Of a stretch of DNA of 64,000 bases, positions 1 through 14,724 are shown piece after piece. Position 1 is the stretch's first letter, and each line of letters opens with the position of its first letter. Under the pieces are notes generated by a model. That model made no database searches. It saw only the letters and a list, made by a program, of their open reading frames with translations, and had not been told where the DNA came from. Position numbers and translations under genes: made by a program. This DNA is from Nageia nagi (taxonomy: Eukaryota; Plantae; Pinophyta): contig JBITNC010000002.1 in NCBI GenBank assembly GCA_050084985.1, positions 6,138,001-6,202,000 on the forward strand, read 5' to 3'.

Positions 1-3000
1 CACAGCTCTAAAAATCACAACAAGAACTGAAAATGACTTTCCTAAAATCGTCCTCCTCTCTCACATCCAATTTGCTCCCCTTTTATACAATTTTGGGGGC
101 TAAAATTGGAGAGTATTACAACTAGGAAATTCCATACAAAACCTATTTTCAGATACCCATTAACCTTCCTGATTTTCCTTTACAAGCACTTAATTGTTTT
201 AAGTGTGAATTGATCCTAAGAAAATGTTAAATTGAAATTTTAATCTTATAGATTATGGATCAGACCTCATTTGAGATAAAGGTGGGAAAATTGCATCATA
301 CGAATGCCTCAATAATATTATATGCCATCCTCATCATGGATTCATCTACCTTGATCTAGGTTACTCACCCAATAATGATAACCAACACCTTCAAGACATG
401 TTAGTCCCAAAATTTCTCAAAGGAGGCAATTTTGTAGCTCTAGAGGAGCTTGGTGCTACTCCCTTGATACCTTTCATTAATACAATCAATCATCTCATCT
501 TCATTCTGATAAAAATCAACCCTTTGTTTTTTAAGATCAATTTGTTTCTTAATATTGAATCTCCAATCAATAGGAAATTGCATATAAGGAGTAGTCCAAA
601 AAGATATCTAGTTGTTACTAGAATCTTCGTCTCCCTTCTTTTACTCCTTGTAAGCTTTGATAACATAGCCCTGTGGGCTATTCCTAAGAGAAATGGAAAG
701 GAGAAGCTTTGGAAAAGTGAAATATTCATAGGGCATAAAGTATGCCAAGCCCTGGTCTAGCATAACATTATTTCTTCCAGCTTGCAAATTCCCTTTTTTC
801 GTAACCTATAGCTTCTGGTGTTGTAATAAGATCCTCTTAGGATCAATGCACCAAATATCCATATGGTTCATGATTCTTTCCCCATCTAGTTTATCCAAGG
901 AGCATTCTCCAAATAATCCTCATGTATTGCTACTAAGTTGGAATCTAGTCCCTCTTCCATACAAACCATAATCTTCTTAGCACTTTCCATAATGTTCAAT
1001 AATCTCTATGTAGCTCAAGTAAACATCAAGTTCCTATAACCTTAGTAAAACAAAGCTCTAAAACTCCCCCACACTTAGAGATAAAATCTCTATAGATAAT
1101 ATGCTCAGTAACTCCCAAAAATTTGGTCTCTAAAATTTGCTAAGTGAGGAATTAATAGGTTGAGGACTATGTTTTATTTGCCTAGGGTTTGCGAATGCCA
1201 TATTTAATGGTAATTAATGAATTAGGAATGTTAGGGTTCATGCAAAGTGTGATATCAGGGATGATAGGAGGGATGACATTTAACTCAAGCATGCTAAATT
1301 TTAAAATGGTAAGTGATGCATAAGGTGGGGTTTTTTTGAGATAATCCTACATTAGGCAGCCAATCCTATGATGTGATGTTTTGTGTCTATCAAACTTAAC
1401 TACCAACAACCTATTAAATGCTACCATTAATGGCTAGCTAACACCTTGGGAAATGCACCAGCTATAAACATAATATATACACTTATTTTTTAAAAAAGAA
1501 ACAAATAATTGAAATAGGATAATTTACACTATACAAGTTTTGCAGGTGTTATGACTTCACCTGATTACCTGTAGTGTTTTTGATGGATCCTATTTATTGG
1601 TATCAATAGCTCATAAGAATTAAAAATATCATTCAATATGAACATGTTGTTCTATAAGGATTCAATAATAATATAAGGCCTACTCCATAAGGAATCAAAT
1701 TTTTGATGTCTCCCAAGCTTTGCTCTATCCTCATCCCATTTGAGGACTATATCCCCAACTTCAAACTTCACCTGGGAAGACTTATTTTTGTTGAACCATT
1801 TCTTGAAAATATTTTGATGATGTTGGAAGGCTTGAGAAGCTTTGTTTCTATCTTCTTCTAACTTCATCAATTGATTGAACCTAATTTGCAATGGTTCAAA
1901 GTCATAGTTTTCTAACTCCTGTAGGATATTTAATGCAGGTAACTCAAGATGAATAGGCAACACATGTCTCTTACAATAAACTAATGTGTAGAGTGATGTT
2001 TTGATAATAGATTTGATACTAATTCTATCAGCCCATAGTTCATATTCTAGCTTTATATGCCACTATCTAGGATTCCCTTCAATGGTTTACTTAATGATCT
2101 TGGTTTAGTTTTTATTTGTTGACTCAGCTAACCCATTTCTTTATGGGTAATAATTTGAAGACAAAATCTAGTAGATCTCATACTTAGCAACAAAATTTGA
2201 TAAATAGGTCCCAATGAATGTAGGACCATTATCTAAAACAATGGTTTATGGGATACCAAATCGAGTAATCAATCTTCTTATCATATCTATAACTACCTCT
2301 TGATCTACATGTTTATTGCTTTTGACCACCTAGTGAAGTAGTCTGTTGTAGTTAGAATGAACTTGTGGCCTACTGAAGAATTTAGGTTAATGATATTAAT
2401 GAAGTCTAAGCCCCATTATTGGAAAAGTTCTTCAACAATCACATGTTTAAGAGGCATTACAACTTATCTTCTCTATCCCACATATCTACTGCATTTGTCA
2501 CATTCTCGAGCTATCTTGTAAGAGTCTTGGAATAGAGTAAGCCAATAATATACCACTTGCAATATCTTTGTTGTTGTGGTAGGACCACTATAGTGTCCTC
2601 TAGAGAATCCATAATGAAATTCATGTAAAATTCTTTGGGATTCATCATGAGTTACACATCTTAATAGGGTTTGATCAAAATTCTTCTTGTAGAGATAATC
2701 GTTAATCATTGTGAATTTCAATGCTTGCATCCTAAATCTTCTTCTCTAAAATCTGTCAAAAGATTCAAGGTCGTGTCTAGTTGTAAAATATACAATATAT
2801 AATTTTATCTAGTCACTCTCTACATTTATATGCTCATCATCCTCTATGAAAGTAATTATGTGTGCAACTTCTGCTATGTTCTCAAAAAGGGCTCTTCCTC
2901 TAATAAGCTTGGTTAGCTTGATATCAACATTATATTCCATTATTATAGTTATCCAACTGGCTTTCCCTTCACCCAATTCTACTTGAATAAGATAATTTTT

Positions 3001-3235
3001 GACATCAAGTTGAATGATATATGCAAGAATTTTATTTTGGGAGACATAATGCTTGAACTTTTTTAGGCCTCTCATAATAGAGAACACTTGCTTTTTAATA
3101 AATGAATATTTTAACTAATGTTTGTGTGGTGTTTGATTATGAAGGGCTATTGGATGTTCTTCCTTTTGGTCATCTATCTATGCTAGTATGGATGCAATGC
3201 TTTTCTCTGCTCCATAAGCATACATGATAAATGAA

Positions 3236-4005
3236 AATGATAAAATTCTTCTTCATTATACCATCTACTTTCCTTCTATGGTTTTTTGGCCTTATTTCAA
3301 GTAAAGTAATTATTTGATGATCACAAAATTTTTTCAAAATATCATAAAGAGGTTTTGATAAAGATGTATATTTTCTTCTAGGCTTAAAATCTTTTTTGAC
3401 ATTTTGAGATGATGATTGTTCCACATATTTTACAATGGAAACTTTATTTTTTGGTAATTATTTGTTTGTTTGTTCTTTTTGATTTTTATTCTTAGTGTAA
3501 CCTTCTCACTTCTTAATATTTATCTCTCCATCTTGGATTTTAACTCTTTCAATAATGATTGCTTGAAAGACAGCTTCTTAAAAGGTTTTATGTTGTTGAA
3601 TCAATAATGTACTAACAATGGGTCTAAAGCAACTTTGAATGAATAACTTAATCAGTTCCTCTTGTGGAAAAGTATAATGCATACTCATCAACACCACCCT
3701 CCATCGTTCAATGAAATTAGTAACTGATTCATCTAAACATTTTTGTGATCTTGTGATATCAATGATGGAGGTTTTACCTTTGATGTTAATTTTAAAATGT
3801 TCTAGAAATAAATTTGCTAACTAAGAATATGAGCTGATACTTTGTTCTAGTAAGTTGTTGTACCAATCCATCACTTTCTAGAAAGCATCATAGGAAAGAT
3901 ACGTAACATTAATACATCATCATGAGAAATCAAATAACTTGAATATTTGAATTTCCTTAAATTTTCCTTAGGATCTTCTTTTCCTTTAAATGGTTCAATT
4001 CTTTA
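3236..4005 (-). mobile_element. Tat-type gag fragment lying between the RT connector and RNase H of the element above
   Basis: Minus translation IEPFKGKEDPKENLRKFK...MLRIFPM...DWYNNL...SISSY...ESVTNFIERW...RRKYTSL interrupts host sequence LMLKNLDF|FIMYAYGAEKSIASIL. Confidence 0.75.
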
Positions 4006-7000
4006 AAAAATCAAGATTTTTTAGCATTAGAGCTTCTATTATAGCTTTTTTTATGTCATGAAAAGTCTTCTTTTCTTCCTTGGACCAAGAGAAATAAGCA
4101 TATTTCTTTAGCATCACTGTGATTGGAGAAACAATAGAAGAAAAATTACTAATAAATTTTCTAAGAAAATTGATTTAACCAAGGAAGGATTGCAGGGCAT
4201 TCTTATTGGAGGGTAAATGCAATGATTAAATAGGTTTGACTCTATTTGGATCAATTACCAACCCTTTTTTTGAAATAATATGACCAAGCAATTTTCCTTG
4301 GTTAACCATAAAAACATATTTTTTGGGATTGATATAAATCTCAAATTGCATATACTTATCAAAAACTTACCTAAAGTGTTGTATATGACCCATTCAACTT
4401 TTAGAAAATACAATGATTTCATTTGAATAGAAAATGATTATCTTGTTTATTAGTTCACCAAAGGCATGGTCCATTATCTTTGAAAAGTAGCCCCAACATT
4501 AGAGAGACCAAAGGGCATTCTCTAAAATGCAAATGTTCTCCACTTGGTAGTGAAAGTAGTTTTGTATTAATCCTCATCCAATTTGGTTGAATCTTGAATA
4601 ACCATCAATCATAGAAAAGCAACATGCTTTGGCTACTATATGTAGGATCTACTCCATGGGAGGAAGGGGATAGTTATCTTTTAAGGATAATTGGTTCAGA
4701 TTTTTGAAATCTATACACAGTCTGATTTATCCATTCTTTTTCCTTACTAGGACTAAATTTGCTACCCAAGAAGAATGCTTGATAGGATAAATAATTTTAG
4801 CATCTAGGAGCTTAAGAAACTCCTATTTCATGGCCTCTTAAATTCTTAGGTTCATCAACCTCTGCTTTTACCTATATGGATTTGTCTCTAGCTCAAGCTC
4901 AATGGTGTGTTGGATCACATTATTAACATATGTCTTCAGATCATCATAATTCCAAGAATGTACTTTGGCAAACTCATGGTAAATCTAAATTAGCATCTAC
5001 TTTTATTATTAAATGCACTCTAATCCAATTTTTATGCATTTTTTGGGTTCAAATTCCATATCAACATTGATTTCTTTTTGAATAGCTAACATTTTAGATC
5101 TCTAAACATTTTCAAAATCAAATAACCATTCAAAGGAAAGAAAACCTTTGGGTACAATATTATTTCTTAGTTGTATAACATTTGATTCTTGAAAATAATC
5201 AGGTAGTTCTACAACACCAAAGGTGTGAGCTACTACTTCATCTACTAAAAAATTCATAATGTGCTCATTAGAGTAAAATACTTTCCAAACATTTGTAGTG
5301 TTTGGTACAAATGTCCTGCATAGGAATTTTAATTGATAACTAACTCTTTTGTGATGCCTAAAGTTGAAATATGCTCCTTTTCCCATAAGTGCATCAACAA
5401 TTTGATTATACTTTCTAGGAATAAAGATAAAATTAATATCCAAGAATGATTCCATCAAATCCCATATCCTATTCCTATAAGTCTTGAGATAGTGATGCCT
5501 TGCACTAATCTTATCCTTGACTTGATTCTTGACTAGTTAAGAATCACCATAGACTACTAGGCATATGATTCCCATACTAATAGCTTTTGAAAACCCTAAG
5601 AAAAGGACTTCATACTCAGCAACATTATTGGTGCAAATCCATATGAATTTGAATGAGAACCTTCTCATGATTCCTTGAGGTGACTTGAAGACAATACCAA
5701 CTTTGCAGCGATGTTTACATCTAGCTCTATCAAAGAACATAATCCATACATCATGTTCCTTCTTAGTTGTGATTGATATTGGCTAAACATTTTAAAATAA
5801 CTAGTATTTTCCCATGCCAATGTCAATGACATGATAATTGAGGTCATTTGTTGAAAGAATTTTTATGGTTAGTAGTGATTCCATGTCTGTATCCCTTTCA
5901 AATGTTTCTACTTGCTCAGGTCCATTCATGTAATTTTGTTCAGAAATATTTTTAAGATGAACATTCTTGGTACCCTCATTTGGGATTTTGACATGCTCTC
6001 AAAAGGAAGTAGAAGGTGTGTATAATCTAAGGCTAAATACCCTCTTATCTTGGCATTGAATTCTCTAGAAAAATAAATCCCAAACAGAGGTGGAATATCA
6101 ACTACAATAATATCTTGAATGACACAAATGTCAAGGAATGCATTTAGGGTTATGGGAACTCCTTTAACACTAATAATCACATTTACAGGGGAAGAATCTA
6201 GTTGTATGAATCTATCTATGCATCTAGTTATATACAATTTTATCCTATTTGCAACAACTTTGGGAATAATGGTAATGGCAACTCTCGTATTAATCATACA
6301 ATTTTGAACTATCTAGCCTTCTAATCTAAGAGATAGATAAAAAGGTGGAGGTCTTATTATACCTATAAGAGTTGGAGGGACTTTATTAACATTTGCAAAG
6401 ACTATATTATCCTCATTTACCCTTTTCTTACTATTCTTTAGCTTCAAAGCTTCTTTCCAAAGGTTAATTTGACCCAAAATCCTCAATGCATCAAATAATA
6501 TCATTTTAGAAGGTGTTCTTTACAATTCTTCCACAATATTGTATGGAACATAAGAGGCTAACTTACTTGTTTCTATAGACTGATAAGATTTGAATTGCTA
6601 AGTAGCCTTCTCCTTATGATGTTTAATTATGAAGGATATCTTAATGGATTAGGTCTCTCTCTTTCTAGGACATCATTTCTTATATGAGCAAGGTTTCTTG
6701 CAATTGGAGCAACATTACCTAGGTTTAGTGAAACTTGACCTATATAGTTTGAAAGTTGATTTACCTAATTTTGTGGTTGAGACACAAGAGCCTTAGCTCT
6801 TTTTGGGTCAGGTTTAGCTAGAATGGTTTGCAAATTTTGTTGAGTGACTTGGGATTACTACAGGGTTATTGAATTAGAAGCTTTGGTTTGAAAATAGTTG
6901 GATTATTCTCCAACATAACCCAAAATCCAAAAATTCACCATGGTAAGATCTGTAATAGGATCTGACATAGGTTCTACCATTTGATCATAATGTAAGCCCA

Positions 7001-8394
7001 AATATTGTTTTTGATACAGTGCATAAGATTTTGTTAAATGAGGAACTAAATAAGGAGGACACCATTTTGTAATACTCAGAGCATCACTCTCTATAGAACT
7101 AGCCATGAATGTATTATCTATATCTTTGTGAGCATTAGGCTATTATGGATGGTTATTTCTGGGTTAGAATCTTAGATGATATTGATTATCATATCTTCTA
7201 TAATTCAAGCCTTGATTCTACCTCTCTTGTAGAGTGAGCTTATTTATTAGGTTCCTAATGGTTATCTCCAGCTATCTTATCCTCTCATCCTCATGTGAGT
7301 TAAATAAATATTTGTACTTATGTAGGAGTGCTAGTACTTAGTTCTAAGCTATAGGTTTGGGAGGAGGAGGTAATAAGGTTTATACTCCTAGATGAAGAAT
7401 TTGTAATGGAGTTTGCTTTGGAGTTAGATTAGGAAATATAGGTATAATGGATCTAGGTTGCATCTTTTTGGAAAATACCAAGGTATGTTCAATAGTTTTA
7501 GCTCTCTGATAGACATATGTGAAAGTATTCTTTTACATAATAATTAATACATTAAGGTTTAGGTGGAATGCTTTCCTATAATATACCAAGGTTTGAGCAT
7601 TTGTTGGCTTGATAGTTACTAGAATGGACTTCCATGTTTTCTAAAATCTTATATTAAAATCATCTATAAACTCATGGGGATGTCTTTTGATACATGCTAT
7701 GAGGCTAAAAAAGGTGTTATCATCACCATATTTAGTAAGTCTCTTGATTAAATCTTGACACAACTCTCCCCATGTATTTATTAATTAATAAGTAATATTT
7801 CTAAACCATTCAACTACTTTTCCTTCAAAATAATGTGATAGTAATTTAGTCATTATAGTTTCATCATTGATATCAAAACTTGAGGCCAAAAGAGATACAT
7901 CTTGACAATGCTCATAAGGTGATTGACTCAACAAATTTAGAAAAAACTTTAAATGCTACTTGGGGAATAGCTAGGGAATTAGCAAGAACTACCAATGAAT
8001 GGCTATTATTCCAAGTAGGAAAATCTATAGGAGCAGGTTGAGCCATGTTTGGACCAGTTGTGTGAGGTGAAGGGTTTTACTATATAGGATCAAATATGAT
8101 TGTTAATGGGATAACTCTTAGAAGAATTTGAGGGGAAAAGTTTGGAAAATCTTTTGCCTAGTCCTCCTTTGAGGAATTGATAGCTCTTGAAATCTAGGCT
8201 ATCAGAAGAATTTATGGCACTACTTCTAGTAAATCTATGAACTGGAGGTGCTAGGGTTCAAAAAATTTATTGATATGACAAAAGAGTCACCAATAAGGTT
8301 TATTAAATCTTAGAATATTTATAGCACAAGGATGATAGCTTACCAAACATAACTATCTAGCTTATTTATGCCCAAATGATTTAGATTTATTTTC

Positions 8395-8413
8395 AGTCCC
8401 ATCGGGTGTGCCA
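8395..8413 (-). promoter_or_regulatory. Primer-binding site of Tat element 1 (tRNA-Arg-type)
   Basis: Minus strand TGGCACACCCGATGGGACT, 4 nt after a CA end and upstream of gag. Confidence 0.75.
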
Positions 8414-8417
8414 AAAA

Positions 8418-9414
8418 TGGACATTTCCACTATTGATTAGTATAATGTAACTTAAAGGTTTGGTTTGGTATAGTTCTTCATTACTTGCAATAGTAGGGTT
8501 CTTGAAAGAGCAAAAAGTAGTGGGAAAGTGTGCTCATGTGTGTTTTCTTCTCAATATCCAGGTTATAGGATGGTTCTTATTTATGAAAGAGGTAAAAAGT
8601 AACTTGAAAGAGATAAAAAAGGTAAAGCATAATAGGAAAGAGATTGAAATCTAAACTACTAAAAATAAACTAAAACTGATCAACCCAGGCATCACTACAT
8701 AAGCATTAATCCATTTTGAAGACTAATAATAGAACAACTATCTTACCCTTGGGGTCTCATAATCACAATACATAGCCACAACTTAGGACAATGCTTCATA
8801 CATAATATTTACAAAACAAAATAACAACTACAAATTGTAGAGGATAAAGTATCATTATATTGTATTATCATATATGAAAATAATTCTCACATTGGGAAAC
8901 TATGCTAAAATGTTTGATGCTTTGGGCCTCTAATTATCCTCTATTTATAATTTTCTACTTAAAAAATGGGTGGTTGTCCACCATTAATGACTACTACCTG
9001 TTTGACTAAAAACTAAATAAAACTAAATATTTACAATATGTATAGGAGAAGTTATAATCGTGATTGATTATGGATTATGATCTTGATGTAATGCCAATTC
9101 TTAAACTTTATAGACCTTTAATCAGGTACCAATCTAGTCATAATCACTTACCTTTTGTATCTTGACCATGGCACCTTTGAACTACTACTGTCTCCATGAG
9201 GTATGATTCACCATCTCTATATGTTTAATCAATTTTGATCAATCAATTGGTAAGCTACCAAGCTTTTGTAACCATTAAATGCTTCTTCTATAATTCTAGT
9301 TCTAACTACTATAAGGGTGAAGGAATATGTATCATTCAAACCTAAGAGTGAACACTATTACCACATGGAAATGAGTCATAGTTGACATGTTGACAGAGTC
9401 CTGGGGGTCATACA
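8418..9414 (-). repeat. Probable 5' LTR of Tat element 1
   Basis: Minus strand begins TGTATGACCCCC at 9414 and ends CA at 8418, next to the PBS. No partner LTR confirms the distal boundary. Confidence 0.55.
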
Positions 9415-10084
9415 CTCTTGGTTAAGTGGACTTGGGTGTTCATCTCTTCTTATAGTGTCCATTTCTCCTTTGTGAGTCTTGTTATGCTTCAACGAGGGTT
9501 ACTATTATTGAAGATTTTTATCACCCACCGATTTCTATTGAAAAGTGTCATATCATCATTCAAAATTAGTGAGGTTTGCTGAATGAAAAGTTGTAAACAT
9601 CTCCTGTCTTGAGGGATTTATTAGGAACACCCACTATTGAAACTTGTTTGTGCCCACTAATTTTTGTAGAATAATATGATATCACCCTTTAATTTTCATG
9701 GGCACTATTTCAACTGACTCTTGTGACAATGCCCCTTATGTATTTTGACAAAACTAATAGTTATGTACAAATAATACCCAGAAATAAACCTTGGACTATA
9801 CAAGTTTGAGACCTAAGTGAAAAATTTAGAGATATGACTCAAAATCAATCTTATATATTAAAATAGACTATATACAACAACACCTTAAAATAAGGCCTAA
9901 AAAATACTTAGCCGATTTCATAGGACTGACACTCTTTAGATTATGGCCTATATATCGATCCTGAACATGACTAATTAAATTATGTACCAACAATACCTAC
10001 CTTACAATAAAATGGCAATTTTGAATGACTCTATTTAATTAAGACCTGATAATATACAAGAATCTCAAATAAAGACTAAGTACA

Positions 10085-10520
10085 TGAAAGTATTTACAAA
10101 TGAAAGAAACGAGAATAAGAAATGGGGATTAAAGAAGGTATTTTAATGTGGAATGAATGAATAAATAGAAGAATAAGGAATATAAATAATTTTACCCCTT
10201 TTAGAGTATAATTCTACAAGAATAAATGTCTCACTAATCAAACTTCACCCATCATGTTGGCACCTATGTGTAACAATAAGAATTGTGAAAGCAAGTGGAT
10301 CCCTTATCACAATTGAGAGAGCAAAAAGACTGAAACTTAAATTTACAAATGCAATATTAATGGCTAATTTATATTTTTCTAAACCTTTGATGAAGGATAT
10401 AAAATTAAAAATAGAATATGGAAGAGAATGGATGTAACCAATCAATTATGAAAACTTGTTAGTACAATGTGGAATTTGTAAGAGTTATAAGAATCATGTA
10501 AAGGGCTTTCCAAAAAAGAA
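10085..10520 (+). mobile_element. L1-type LINE ORF1 remnant (DUF4283/zf-CCHC_4-like)
   Basis: Plus translation ...LHPSCW...SKPLMKDIKLK...EWM*PINYENLLVQCGICKSYKNH matches the plant LINE ORF1 KPL...YE.L...C..C....H pattern; K/E-rich low-complexity tail follows. Confidence 0.6.
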
Positions 10521-12482
10521 GAAGAGGGATGAAGAAAGAAGGGAAAAAGAAAAGCAAGATAGGGAGACTCAAGATAAAAAAGAAAAGCAAGGGTGCAAGA
10601 TATTTTAAAAATAAAAAAATAGAAAAAAATTGGAAGAAAGAAGAGAAAAATATGACTAGAACACAAATAAAATGAACCTTAATAGGAAAACATCCATAAC
10701 AAACCCCTTTGGGTCATTAGCACTTTTTGAATGAATAGAAAAAGAAGCAACATATTTTCAATCAAATGTTTTAGAAAATCAAACATTAGACATGGAATTC
10801 ATGGCAGGGGAACAAAGTGAAAGCATTACGGGAGTAACAAAAAAAGCAAGGATTGCAAATAATCAAGCAACAACAACACAACTAGAAGATAACCTAGATA
10901 AAGAAGGAATCCCACAAAGAAAAATAACAACCCATAGAAAGATGCCAAATATAGGAAAGGGATATGTGGGGAGATCATCCCAAAGTGAGACTAAAGAGAA
11001 TCACCAAACAAGATATAACAAATAGAAAATAAATAACTCTACATCAGATCAACAAGACTCATTTCACTTTTGGACTGAATAAAAGATTTCTTGATTAAAA
11101 TATTTTAACAACAACAATGCAGTTAGGTGTTATTTCAGATGCATTTCAGCTAGAGTTTAATGATTATTTAGTAATAAATTGATAGAATAGGTAGTATTAA
11201 GGATACCAATAGGTTATAGCTAGGTAGCATTTGAAATTATTTTATTAGTAGTTTCTTTTTAAAAATTATATTAGCTACCACCATGTATAGCTAGGTAGCA
11301 ATTTCCTATTTTAAAAACCAATTTGTGATCAATTTTTTGGGTTTGAGAAAAAAACTCTCAGCTAATTTTTTGATAATATTATTAACCTTTAATAAAAGAA
11401 AATTGTATAAGCATCAAGTTCTTAATGAGATATGTTAACCGCTTTTTCTTGTCAGGAGAAAAAGGGGATAGTAGGGATCTAAGATCTTCATTTTAAAAAG
11501 GGGGTCTTCGATGTGTTTACTTGGTGATAATAGATTATTTTTGAGACTTATGTTTTTTTTCTCACAACTTTTCCCATACTTAGATTAAATCTTGCTCCAC
11601 TAATTCTAGAAAAGTAAGCAATTACGTAATGCTTGTAATTTAACTTCATTAGACTCACTCAAATTATCTAGGTTATGAGGAAGGTAGCAATATATTTCAC
11701 ATAAGTATCTCTTCACTTATTGAATGGATATTTTTGTATTTTTTTTTATATTTTTTGCCTTTTCCTCTGAATGTGCAATGACATAGTTTATTTCCATCAT
11801 AACTTCTCTTACCCTTGAATTAAATGATCATTCCACTAATTCCAAAAAAGTAAAACAATCACTTAACTATTTTAGACTGGCTGAGGAATCTTGCTCAAGT
11901 TAATCAAGTTATAAGTAAAGAATGATATATCTCATTAGATTGCCTTGCACTTAGTTTATTTTACTTTTTTTTTTGTTATGAGCACTTAGTTTCTTTAGTG
12001 ATATGTTATACTATGTAGCTTGAACAACACATCACATTTCTTTCACCAACTCAAACATTGATTGCTTTTTAAGTTTGTGAAAAGATAGCATTATCTAAGT
12101 ATAAGAAATGAATTACCACGTAGACTTGAAATTCATCTCATCACTTAAATAAGTATCAATTAAATAAACACACATAAATTGAATGTAAAAGATACTATCT
12201 TATTATTGCAAAAGCTTGAAAGTACAACTTTTAGAATTCAAAGTGCTAGAGAGAGATTACAAATGAGAACCCTTTGCCTTTAAGTAATATCTAGAAGTAG
12301 TTAGGTATGAAATAAAACCTTAACTTCCTTGAGAAACCCTAATTTTAAAAAACCTAATTATAGAATCATCAAAATTTGACTAAGTTTGAAAACTAGCTAG
12401 CTCAAAAAGAGACTAAGTTTGGAAATTGAAGATAAAAAATTATACCAACTCTAGAGATTAAGGGGATAAAAATTTTCTAACA

Positions 12483-14200
12483 CCCTTAATCCCATTATAA
12501 TTCTACTGAGAACATAAATAATAATTAATATTTAGTTTTTTATTGATGAGGGAGGAAATTGAGCTATCATTTCTACAACCTTTGATATGATATCTCCTCT
12601 CGAGAAGTTTTTAACTCTATCACGACCTTCCATCAATCCTTGATACTAAAAAATAACTTACCATGTTTCCCATTTTGTTATTTTTTATGTGAAATCTTGA
12701 CTTGGGTGATTTAAGAGAGATAGTGTTCATATGTTGCAAGGGCTTCCTCAGGATATTTTGATTTTAATTTCTTCTCCAAAATTCCTATTAGGCTTGCTTT
12801 AACTTCATCATCGCTCCTCCACTAGCTAGATTCATCTAGGGTTTGGATATATATCAAGTTAATAATATCCCTATTATCTTGACATACTTTGTCAACCTCT
12901 TCATTAACACCTTGCATATTTTATTTGCATTCAAAAACCAATAAAAAAGGAAGGACAATTCTTTGTAAAAATTCAACAACTATTCATCATTGATAATCTC
13001 CCACTCAATTCTTGTGACATTTTCCACTTCAGCTAGCCATTGGTTTGCAAATTTATTGATATCAACCTCAACACCATACAACTAAAAAATGATATTATCA
13101 AGGTAAACAAGGTCATGGTATGCATTTGGGAAGAATTTGGTTGCTTTGTGATTTAATTTGTTAATCCTCTTCTCAAATTCGCAACTTGTCTTGTATTTGG
13201 ACTTCAATTCATCTTTATCAACCCCAAATTCATCAAACCACTTGAAATTTTTCTTCATTTCATTTTTAAGTTTGTTTACCTCTGATTCCTTATCCTATGC
13301 TAACTTTGTCAAGTTCTTTGTACCCTAATCGATAATATATGTATTTGACTCGATTCTAAGTGGCCCAATGTCATACTCCATAGTGCTAACATTTATTTAC
13401 CTCTTATCCTTAGGTTTCCTAATATTTATGGAAAGCTTGCTCACCCATAGGGTCTCTTTTCCAAATTCTATCACAATTAAAAATTTATGCGGAATGGGAG
13501 TGACCTCTTCACCTATAGCCTCTTCTACTTCTTCCTCTTCACTTCCACTACTATTTTCCTTAGTTCTTTTAAGGTATGCATCAATATCTATATTTTTTAA
13601 GAGATTTTTGGAGTTGAGTTGATCAATGGTCATGTTTTCATCGATTGAGATAATTTTCTTATCATGCTCATCTTATTTTCTTTTCTTTCTCCTCTTTTCA
13701 TTCTCTTCATCATCATCATCATCAACATCATCTCTATTACCATCATTGCCAACTACTCTAGATGAATATTTAGATGAAGATTTCTATGAGCTTGAACATT
13801 TATGAGGATTGGGAGCTTTCTTAGCCTAAAAGTGAGTGGTTGAGCACTCTGCAATTTGAGTAGATCCCTTGGTGACTTGTTATAGAAGCTAAAAGTGAGT
13901 GGTTGAGCACTCTAGATGAATATTTATAGGTATCTTTTATACATTATTTATTAAATTTATTTTAACAAATTATAAGCTAAAGTATTCATCCTTAGAAATG
14001 TATCTAATGTTAGAATATTGACTATCTTCTTTCTCCACCTTTAGTCTTCTTAGGCTTATTTCTCTCAATGTTCTTCTACCTATATGCTTAGATTTGGAGT
14101 TTCTTGAGAAACATGTTGTTCTTCACGGTCATGGTATTGGTTATTATCATGTTATTTCTTTGTTAGCCAACTTTTGGTCTATCCTTTTTATGACCATGCT
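12483..14200 (-). mobile_element. Decayed acidic/coiled-coil ORF-like region, probably an accessory ORF of an LTR element
   Basis: Minus strand has E/K/D-rich coding-like sequence (13397-13633 ORF) ending near a purine tract followed by TGTTAG at ~12482. No diagnostic domain recognised. Confidence 0.3.
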
Positions 14201-14724
14201 CCTATGGACACCAACTTTTTAGTATCAAAAGATTACATGTTTAATTTATATTGAGTTGACCAAAATATATGCACTAAAAGTGTGTACCTTTGCAACAATG
14301 TGATGAGAAAGATACACCTGCAAGGTCCTTAGCATCTAACATTTACATAACAAAATATGAGATATGAAAACATGGGGATAGGCAAAAAAACCAATTTAGA
14401 ATTTACACATACTTATTTACAAGCTTAATAGGTTAAGAAGCCTATTTTATGAGACCCTTATTCTATAGATGAAATGTAATGAAACTAAATTAGATAGTAA
14501 GCACCTTAATGGGAGCAATACCTTGATGTGACAATCTTCTTAAAGAGAAATTATAGAATTGTGAAACAAGCAAAACTTTGATCAATCAAACTCTAAATTG
14601 AAGTAAAATTATACGATCAAATTCCACCAACCTACCTCTCCTTATCATCAGTATTATCCAATCACTTCTCCCTATATACTACAAATTAATAATTCATAAT
14701 ACATAATAAATGAATAAAAAATAC

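Larger units (their letters stand above)
1620..9414 (-). mobile_element. Degenerate Ty3/Gypsy Tat-lineage LTR retrotransposon (order gag-PROT-aRH-RT-[gag insert]-RH-INT); 3' LTR not identified
   Basis: Minus-strand remnants: gag ~7500-8040 (SPYEHCQDV...FEGKVVEWF), protease 5926-6330, aRH 5100-5760 (FFD...GIVFKSP...TNNVAEYE...VYGDS), RT ~4010-5060, RH 2790-3235, integrase 1620-2760 (HEFHYGFSRGHY...YYW...CDKC; FEVGDIVLKW). Many stops and frameshifts. Confidence 0.9.

Noticed and set aside
1-1600. 3' LTR of Tat element 1, or host genes from ORFs 398-760 and 490-729
   Set aside because: No similarity to 8418-9414 and no recognisable domain; probably repeat-derived but not assignable.
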